32,000 nucleotides of DNA from Geotalea daltonii FRC-32. GTDB lineage: Bacteria > Desulfobacterota > Desulfuromonadia > Geobacterales > Geobacteraceae. Below, one piece after another: positions 23,422 through 29,869 of this stretch; the stretch's first letter is position 1; every line of letters starts with the position of its first letter. A program made the translations under genes and the position numbers. The DNA lies in contig NC_011979.1 of NCBI RefSeq assembly GCF_000022265.1, positions 3,630,001 to 3,662,000 on the forward strand, in the 5' to 3' direction. The notes below the pieces were generated by a model. That model saw only the letters and a program-made list of their open reading frames with translations, did not search any database and had not been told where the DNA came from.

Positions 23422-24513
23422 ATGGCTAAAAGGATTTTCATCGGCGCCACCGGTCAGAACTGCGGCAAGACCACCATGAGCGTTTCTCTCATGCACCTGG
23501 CGCGCAAGAAGTACAAAAAGGTCGGCTTCATCAAGCCTATCGGCCCAAAGATCGAGCTTTACGAAGATTTCATCGTCGATATGGATGCGGTGCTAATGGC
23601 CAGAGCCTTCGGCCTTGAGGAGGATATCGCCCTCATGTCCCCGGTGGCATTGCATAAGGATTTTACCAAGGACTATCTCAGCGGCAGGCTGAACGACCTG
23701 TCCCTGGAGGACTGCATAATAGATGCGGTGGAAGAGCTTGATTCAAAATACGACTTTCTCATCATCGAAGGGGCCGGACACGGCGGCGTCGGTTCGGTCA
23801 TCGGCCTGAGCAATGCCCGGGTGGCAAATATGGTAGAGGCGCCGGTAGTCATCGTCACCGAAAGCGGTATCGGCAAGGTGGTGGATGCCGTACACCTGAA
23901 CCTGGCCCTTTACGAGCGGGAAAAGGCCGATGTGCGGGCAATTCTGGTCAACAAGCTGTTGAGCAAGAAAAGGGAGCATGTCCTCGGCTACCTGCAGAAG
24001 GCCCTTGCACCCAACCACATTCAGGTAATCGGCGGCTTCAACTTTTCTCCGGTCCTGGCCAACCCCACTTTGGGGCATATCGGCAAGCTGCTCAACCTCC
24101 CCCTCAACGGGAATCCAGATGAAAAAACCCGCATCATCAATCATATCCAGCTGGGTGCCGCCTCTTCACAGCGGGTTATCGACGGTCTGCTGGACTCGAC
24201 CCTGATGATCCTGACCAGTTCCAGGGACGAATTGATCGTCACCCTTGCCTCCCTCTATCACATCCCCGCCTACAAGTCCAAGATCGCCGGTCTGGTCATA
24301 GCGGGCCATGTGCCCGTATCCAAGATCAGCCAACAGATCCTGGACGACAGCAACATCCCCTATATCCGCGTCGATAAAACCACCGCCAAGGTCTTCACCA
24401 CCCTGTCGGCAGATGTTGCCAAAATCACCGCCGAAGACGAAGAGAAGCTCAACTGGATCAAGACCAATGCCGAGCAGGATGTTGATTTTGATGCCATCGA
24501 CGCCCTGCTGTAA
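23422..24513 (+). CDS. P-loop (dethiobiotin-synthetase-like AAA_26) plus DRTGG-domain protein, Pta-N-terminal-like but without a phosphotransacetylase catalytic domain
   Basis: AAAAGGAGAA lies upstream of the ATG. P-loop: FIGATGQNCGKTT, then FLIIEGAGHGG. The C-terminal DRTGG-type segment is LMILTSSRDELIV...IAGLVIAGHVP....NIPYIRVDKTT. Confidence 0.8.
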   Translation: MAKRIFIGATGQNCGKTTMSVSLMHLARKKYKKVGFIKPIGPKIELYEDFIVDMDAVLMARAFGLEEDIALMSPVALHKDFTKDYLSGRLNDLSLEDCIIDAVEELDSKYDFLIIEGAGHGGVGSVIGLSNARVANMVEAPVVIVTESGIGKVVDAVHLNLALYEREKADVRAILVNKLLSKKREHVLGYLQKALAPNHIQVIGGFNFSPVLANPTLGHIGKLLNLPLNGNPDEKTRIINHIQLGAASSQRVIDGLLDSTLMILTSSRDELIVTLASLYHIPAYKSKIAGLVIAGHVPVSKISQQILDDSNIPYIRVDKTTAKVFTTLSADVAKITAEDEEKLNWIKTNAEQDVDFDAIDALL

Positions 24514-24530
24514 GCCCTCCGCCGTAAGCC

Positions 24531-24697
24531 TGCCGTGGCTTCGGGAGTGAGTGACAGAGCCACAGCGGCGAGCGGACACCCGCCAATGCATAAACGAAGT
24601 ATCCTCCGCGGCAAATGGAAACTCTGGCATGAGGTCAAGAGACGGTGCAAGGTCCGCAGCTGGGGCGACCAAGCGATCGGACGAAGTCGCGGCAGGC
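24531..24697 (+). repeat. Copy 1 of a ~167-nt intergenic element with a 16-bp terminal inverted repeat / closing helix
   Basis: The left arm (about 54 nt, TGCCGTGGCTTCGGGAGTGAGTGACAGAGCCACAGCGGCGAGCGGACACCCGCC) and the right arm (about 50 nt, GTGCAAGGTCCGCAGCTGGGGCGACC..GGACGAAGTCGCGGCAGGC) are shared with copy 2. The central ~60 nt is diverged. The 5' end GCCTGCCGTGGCTTCG pairs with the 3' end CGAAGTCGCGGCAGGC. Confidence 0.8.
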
Positions 24698-24709
24698 CCC
24701 CTCCACGGC

Positions 24710-24875
24710 TGCCGTGGCTTCGGGAGTGAGTGACAGAGCCATAGCGGCGAGCGGACACCCGCCGATAGCAAATGAAGTCCACTGTGCGGCAATCTTGGTT
24801 CAGGCAACGACACCAAAAGGCAGTGCAAGGTCCGCAGCTATGGCGACCGAACGAACGGACGAAGTCACGGCAGGC
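24710..24875 (+). repeat. Copy 2 of the ~167-nt element (period 179 nt); its right arm supplies the last codons and stop of the P-type ATPase gene
   Basis: The arms match copy 1 with only a few substitutions. The right arm ...GACGAAGTCACGGCAGGC overlaps 24865-24875. On the minus strand this reads CTG CCG TGA, which is L-P-stop of the ATPase. Confidence 0.8.
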
Positions 24876-27486
24876 GTTTTCTCCTCAGCACAGCCTTTTC
24901 CAGCTCCGACACCAACAAAACCGCCACAGACAAGGCCAGCACCATCCCCATTTCCCTCAGGTCCAGGGGCTCTGTGGCAAAAACGGGGTTCGTGGCAGGA
25001 ATCCAGACGACACAGGCATGCAGAATGACAACGAGGAGTATGGCGCCGATCAGCTGACTGTTGCTGAAAATGCCCAGTTGCAGAAGCGACAACTGCCGGG
25101 ACCGTGCAGAAAGGGCCATGGCCATTCTGCTGAGGATGAGAAAGGTGAAGACCATGGTCTGCCAGGAATGCCCAGCCTTCATGGCATAAACCTGCAGACC
25201 CAGGGCGAGACCGCCGATAAAAATGCCATAACGGGCCATGAACCACCCTCGACCTTCGGCAAAGACCCCTGAGGCTGGATCGATGGGGGGCCGATCCATG
25301 GCATCCTTTTCTACCGGCTCCACGGCCAGAGCCAGACCGGGAAAACTGTCGCAAAGCAGATTAAGCCATAAAATCTGAATGGGAAAGAGCGGCAAAGGCA
25401 ACCCCAAAAATGGGGCAAAGGCAATCAGCACCAGGGTGCCGCAATTGGATGAGATGGAATAGATTATGAACTTGAGAATGTTGGCATAGATGCGCCTTCC
25501 TTCCCTGACCGCTCTTACGATAGTGGCAAAGTTGTCGTCCAGGAGGATCATGGCTGCTGCCTCCTTGGCAACGTCGGTACCGGTAATCCCCATGGCGACG
25601 CCGATATCGGCCCTTTTCAGGGCAGGGGCATCGTTGACCCCGTCCCCGGTCATGGCTACATATTTCCCACGATCTTTTAGCGCCTGGACGATTTTCAGCT
25701 TCTGTTCCGGTGCCACCCGGGCATAAACACGGATGTCCTCCACCCGTTTCTCCAGTTCATGGAGCGGCAGCGCCTCAAGCTGGGGGCCGGTCATCACCTC
25801 CCCTTCCCCATCGAGGATCGACAACCTTCTGGCGATGGCCGCCGCCGTCGCCGGATGATCGCCGGTTATCATTACCGGAATTATCCCGGCCGTCTTGCAT
25901 TGGGCTACTGCATCGAAAGCCTCCTCCCGGGGCGGGTCCTCCATTCCCACCAGTGCGAGAAAGGTCATATCCTTTTCTATCGCCTCTGACGAAATATCCT
26001 CAGGCAGGGATGCCCATCGCCGCATGGCCACGGCCAGTACCCGCTGACCGGAAGCTGCCATAGCCTCATTTGCCGGGTGAACAGCACCAAAGTCAAGGGA
26101 GACAATGGTCGAACCGGAAAGCATGGACGAACTCCTGGCGAGAATTGCCTCCAATCCCCCCTTGGTGTACGACACGACCCCTTCCGAGCCTTCATGGATG
26201 GTGGTCATGCACTTCCGATCGGCATCGAAGGGGAGTTCAGCCAGACGCGGAAACTGGGCCGCCAGTTTTACCGGATCGAAGCCATTTTCAGCAGCCATGA
26301 CATAGAGAGCAGTCTCCGTTGGATCACCACTCAGCCCGTTGTCGCCGTTAGTCCTGGCATCGTTGCACAAGGCCGCTGCAGCCATAAGGTGGAAGAGGGA
26401 GGAATTGCCGGCAACCCCGGCATCCCGTGCAGACGTGGCCGCCGGAATAGTCCGTCCATCCGCAAAAAGCCGGGTTACAGTCATTCGATTGCGGGTCAGG
26501 GTGCCTGTTTTATCGGTGCAGATATGGGTAACGGCACCAAGGGTCTCCACTGCCGACAGCCGCCGGATAAGCGCTTTCTGCCTGACCATCTTTTTGGCGC
26601 CCAATGCCAGCGAGATGGTCACCACTGCCGGTAACGCTTCGGGGATGACCGCCACCGCCAGGGAAATGGCGGTCATGAACATGAGCAAGGGGGATTCCCC
26701 CCGCAAATAGCCCATGGCGAAAATGACGCCGCAGATGAAGAGCACCAAAAGGGCCAGACGGCGACCGAAAGCCGCCAGCTTCCTTTGCAGCGGCGTCCTG
26801 GTATCCCCTTCCGCCTGGATCATCGACGCTATTTTGCCAAGTTCCGTCTCCATGGCGGTGGCAACAGCCAGTCCAACGCCCCTGCCCGCTGAGACGATGG
26901 TCCCCCTATAGGCCATATTGACTCTTTCGCCCAAGGGTAGGGAGGCTTCATCAAGGGTGCTTGATTTTTTTTCGGCGGGAAAGGACTCTCCCGTAAGCGA
27001 AGCTTCATCCAGTTTAAGCTGGGCGGCCTCAGTAATCCGCAGATCGGCAGGGACAACGTCACCGGCTCTCAGAAGCACCACATCCCCCGGCACGATCTCT
27101 TCCACCGCCATCGTCTGCGGCTCTCCCCCCCGGATGACTTCAGCGGTAAAGCCCGCCATCTTCTTCAGGGCGGCAATGGCCCGTTCAGCACGGTATTCCT
27201 GCATAAAACCTATGATTGCATTGAGCAGGACAATGGCAATGATCGGCGCCATATCCCCGGCATCGCCGATTATCCCGGCGATGACAGCCGCAGCTATAAG
27301 CACCAGGATCATGAAGTCGCCGAACTGGGCAACGAACATGACAAAGGGAGACCTGGCCCGTTTTTCCCTGAGCTGGTTCCGCCCGTATTGTTCCAGTCGC
27401 TTACGAGCCTCCTCAAGGCTGATGCCGCTCTTGGAGGAGCCAAACTTGGCGAATGCTTCTTCAATTGAGAGTAAATGCCAGTCCAT
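24865..27486 (-). CDS. Cation-translocating P-type ATPase, P2 (Ca2+/Mg2+ pump-like)
   Basis: 873 aa. Motifs: LTGES, CTDKTGTLT (phospho-Asp), TGDGVNDAPAL and M4 IPEALP. The N-terminal Cation_ATPase_N-like segment reads LSIEEAFAKFGSS..GISLEEARKRLEQYG. Confidence 0.93.
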   Translation of the reverse strand: MDWHLLSIEEAFAKFGSSKSGISLEEARKRLEQYGRNQLREKRARSPFVMFVAQFGDFMILVLIAAAVIAGIIGDAGDMAPIIAIVLLNAIIGFMQEYRAERAIAALKKMAGFTAEVIRGGEPQTMAVEEIVPGDVVLLRAGDVVPADLRITEAAQLKLDEASLTGESFPAEKKSSTLDEASLPLGERVNMAYRGTIVSAGRGVGLAVATAMETELGKIASMIQAEGDTRTPLQRKLAAFGRRLALLVLFICGVIFAMGYLRGESPLLMFMTAISLAVAVIPEALPAVVTISLALGAKKMVRQKALIRRLSAVETLGAVTHICTDKTGTLTRNRMTVTRLFADGRTIPAATSARDAGVAGNSSLFHLMAAAALCNDARTNGDNGLSGDPTETALYVMAAENGFDPVKLAAQFPRLAELPFDADRKCMTTIHEGSEGVVSYTKGGLEAILARSSSMLSGSTIVSLDFGAVHPANEAMAASGQRVLAVAMRRWASLPEDISSEAIEKDMTFLALVGMEDPPREEAFDAVAQCKTAGIIPVMITGDHPATAAAIARRLSILDGEGEVMTGPQLEALPLHELEKRVEDIRVYARVAPEQKLKIVQALKDRGKYVAMTGDGVNDAPALKRADIGVAMGITGTDVAKEAAAMILLDDNFATIVRAVREGRRIYANILKFIIYSISSNCGTLVLIAFAPFLGLPLPLFPIQILWLNLLCDSFPGLALAVEPVEKDAMDRPPIDPASGVFAEGRGWFMARYGIFIGGLALGLQVYAMKAGHSWQTMVFTFLILSRMAMALSARSRQLSLLQLGIFSNSQLIGAILLVVILHACVVWIPATNPVFATEPLDLREMGMVLALSVAVLLVSELEKAVLRRKRLP

Positions 27487-27587
27487 ATGAAGGTCTTTCT
27501 TAGTTGCAGGGCAACTGGAGGAAATCTGGTATAAGTATAAAGGTCGGTCCGGTTATGGCAATTATTGAATTGAAAAGGTGACAAAGC

Positions 27588-28814
27588 GTGCGTTTCTTTG
27601 CCGATCTCCATATCCACTCCCCCCATTCCATCGCCTGCAGCCGAGATCTGAACCCGGAAAACCTCTGTCGGTGGGGTCAGCTGAAGGGGATTTTCGTGAT
27701 TGGCAGCGGCGATTTCACCCATCCCCTTTGGTTGAAAGAACTGCAGGAAAAACTGGAAGAGGACGAAGGCCGACTGTTTGCCTTGAGAAAGGAGCTGATC
27801 CCGGTCAAGGTCCCCTCTTCCTGCCGCGCCCAGGTCAGGTTCCTCCTCTCCGGAGAGATAAGCTGCATCTACCAAAAAGCCGGTAAAACGAGAAAAGTCC
27901 ATGCCCTCGTCTTTGTCCCCGATTTCACCTCGGCAGTAAAACTGACGGAGCGGCTGGCAAAAATAGGTTCCATCACCTCAGATGGCCGCCCCATCCTCAA
28001 GCTTGACGCAAAGAAGCTGCTGGAAATGGTGCTGGAAGTTTCACCGGAGGCGATGTTGGTGCCGGCCCATGTCTGGACGCCACATTTTTCAGTGCTTGGC
28101 GCTGCTTCCGCCTTCAGTTCCGTTGAAGAGTGCTTCGAAGAGCTTACTCCATATATCTACGCCGTGGAGACGGGGCTCTCTTCCGATCCGGCCATGAACT
28201 GGCGCCTCTCGTCCCTGGACGGGATGCGCCTCATCTCCAATTCCGACGCCCATTCGCCCGCCAAACTGGGAAGGGAAGCGACCATCTTTGATACCGACCT
28301 GAGCTACGGCAGCATCATGGCAGCGATTAAAACAGGTAAAGGACTTTGCGGAACGGTGGAATACCTGCCGGAGAAAGGCAAATACCACAGCGACGGACAC
28401 CGCAGCTGCGGCATACGCCTGACGCCCCGGGAAACCATTGCCCACGGCTTTCGCTGCCCCGCCTGCGGCAAAAAGATTACCGTGGGGGTTTTGCACCGGG
28501 TGGAAGAGCTGGCAGACCGGCCGCAAGGGTTCAAGCCGCCGGGGACGCCGCCTTTTCATTCGGTAATTCCGCTGCAGGAATTAATCGCCGAAACGCTGAA
28601 AATCGGCGCCGGCAGCAAACGGGTTGAACGGATTTATTTTACCATGCTGGAAAAGCTGGGGAACGAACTGGCCATATTGCTGGAGAAAAGATATGAAGAG
28701 ATCGCCGGCGCCTCATCCGTGGAGATCGCCGACGCCATCGTGGGAGTGCGGGAAGGAACAATCCGTATCGAGCCGGGGTATGACGGCAAGTTCGGCTCGA
28801 TACGGATTGAGTAA
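27588..28814 (+). CDS. Endonuclease Q-like PHP-domain protein with Zn ribbon (COG1379-type)
   Basis: 408 aa. The GTG start is preceded by AAAGGTGA. PHP motifs: FADLHIHSPHS, PAHVWTPHFS and SNSDAHSP. A CPACGKKITVGVLHRVEEL zinc ribbon lies near the C-terminal third. Confidence 0.8.
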   Translation: MRFFADLHIHSPHSIACSRDLNPENLCRWGQLKGIFVIGSGDFTHPLWLKELQEKLEEDEGRLFALRKELIPVKVPSSCRAQVRFLLSGEISCIYQKAGKTRKVHALVFVPDFTSAVKLTERLAKIGSITSDGRPILKLDAKKLLEMVLEVSPEAMLVPAHVWTPHFSVLGAASAFSSVEECFEELTPYIYAVETGLSSDPAMNWRLSSLDGMRLISNSDAHSPAKLGREATIFDTDLSYGSIMAAIKTGKGLCGTVEYLPEKGKYHSDGHRSCGIRLTPRETIAHGFRCPACGKKITVGVLHRVEELADRPQGFKPPGTPPFHSVIPLQELIAETLKIGAGSKRVERIYFTMLEKLGNELAILLEKRYEEIAGASSVEIADAIVGVREGTIRIEPGYDGKFGSIRIE

Positions 28815-28816
28815 GA

Positions 28817-29527
28817 TTATTTCTTCAGTAATTGATCGATCTTGTTTGTATCGGCGCCAACCACCTGCTGGCCATTGACAAAGAAGGTCGGCGTCCCCTG
28901 GACCCCCATTTTTTTGGCCAGTTCGATGTGTTCCTGGGCCAGCGCCTTGACCTTGTCGCTCACCGCCGGGGCATTGGCAGGAATCTCCTGGCCCAGCATC
29001 ATCTCGTCATAGGCTTTCACCTTGTTTTCGGCATTGAGGATGTACTGGATCTTGGCGATGGCTGCAGGATGGGCCAGTGGAGTAAAGAACACGTAGCGGG
29101 TGACATTCGTCTTCTTCATGAGGTACTCTGAAGCTTTCCGACAGTATGGACAGTCAGGATCGGTAAACTCGACGATAACATTCTTTCCCTCGCCGATTTT
29201 CACTGCCTTGTCCAACGGCAGGCTCTGCACCAGCTTGGCTGCCATTTGCCCTTTTTTCTCCGCCGTCAGGCTTTTGCCTTCCTTGGTGAATATCTCCCCG
29301 AGTATTACGTAATCCTTCTCCGGCAGGTAATAGAGCACATTCTGGCCGGTAACCACCTGATACAGACCATTGATGTCCGTTGATTCAAAGCTGTCCACCT
29401 TTACCTGAGGATAGGCCTGTTTGAAGGCGACCTCGGGCTTTACGGCTGCGGTAGCGGCAAAAGCGGCCGGCGAGCAGACCAAAGCCAGTAAAAATCCTGC
29501 GCAAAGCTTTCTGCTGATGATTGTCAT
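28817..29527 (-). CDS. Periplasmic thiol:disulfide interchange protein, DsbC/DsbG family
   Basis: 236 aa. It has a signal peptide (LALVCSPAAFA|AT) and a thioredoxin-fold CxxC motif in DPDCPYCRK. GGGGAG lies upstream of the ATG. The stop is 2 nt from the convergent EndoQ-like stop. Confidence 0.88.
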   Translation of the reverse strand: MTIISRKLCAGFLLALVCSPAAFAATAAVKPEVAFKQAYPQVKVDSFESTDINGLYQVVTGQNVLYYLPEKDYVILGEIFTKEGKSLTAEKKGQMAAKLVQSLPLDKAVKIGEGKNVIVEFTDPDCPYCRKASEYLMKKTNVTRYVFFTPLAHPAAIAKIQYILNAENKVKAYDEMMLGQEIPANAPAVSDKVKALAQEHIELAKKMGVQGTPTFFVNGQQVVGADTNKIDQLLKK

Positions 29528-29745
29528 CTCTTTTCTCCCCTGTAATCACTGGATTATTCAATTCTAACTCCTAACGCTTTTGAAACTTACCCCAGCACAA
29601 CAAGGTTGTCAATAGACTGAGGGTCTGTTGCCCAAAGGCTGATTAGGGCAAGCATAGGAGTTCAACTTTCAACTAAATTATTTTTTAGTAATATTCAAAA
29701 ATTTGACTTGGATTATTCTTGTTAACCATTGGATTTTACTATGGC

Positions 29746-29783
29746 ACTGTAAAAATTTTTTACAGTGTAAAAATTTTTTACAC
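29746..29783. promoter_or_regulatory. Two adjacent perfect A/T-rich palindromes (candidate operator or activator sites) in the DsbC/T1SS divergent intergenic region
   Basis: ACTGTAAAAA-T-TTTTTACAGT (29746-29766) and GTGTAAAAA-T-TTTTTACAC (29765-29783) share the core TGTAAAAATTTTTTACA. Their centres are 18 bp apart. They lie about 50-90 bp upstream of a TATAAT hexamer at 29834-29839. Confidence 0.45.
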
Positions 29784-29869
29784 TTATTTTAATATTGATT
29801 TTTTTAAGATTCTTAGATAGTTGATTTCTTGAATATAATCACCAATTTAATAAAACGAGCCAACTTAGC

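Noticed and set aside
24531-24875. The possibility that the 179-nt-period repeats are a CRISPR array.
   Set aside because: There are only two copies. The conserved parts (about 50 nt on each side of a ~60-nt variable core) are far longer than CRISPR repeats. Each unit folds end to end, and there are no cas genes in the window.
24166-25354. ORFs crossing the tandem-element region (24166..24828 -, 24360..24782 -, 24645..25028 +, 24772..25272 +, 24800..25354 -).
   Set aside because: They run through the 3' ends of the DRTGG and ATPase genes and across the repeat copies. Their products are Arg/Ser/Pro-rich with no motifs. The repeat shows RNA- or TIR-like pairing rather than codon-periodic conservation.
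29746-29783. The palindromes as LexA/SOS boxes or CRP sites.
   Set aside because: The CTGT...ACAG arms are separated by 11 nt rather than the 8 nt of the E. coli SOS box. The motif also does not match the LexA box reported for Geobacter-type bacteria (as I recall it, GGTT-N2-C-N4-G-N3-ACC) or TGTGA-N6-TCACA.
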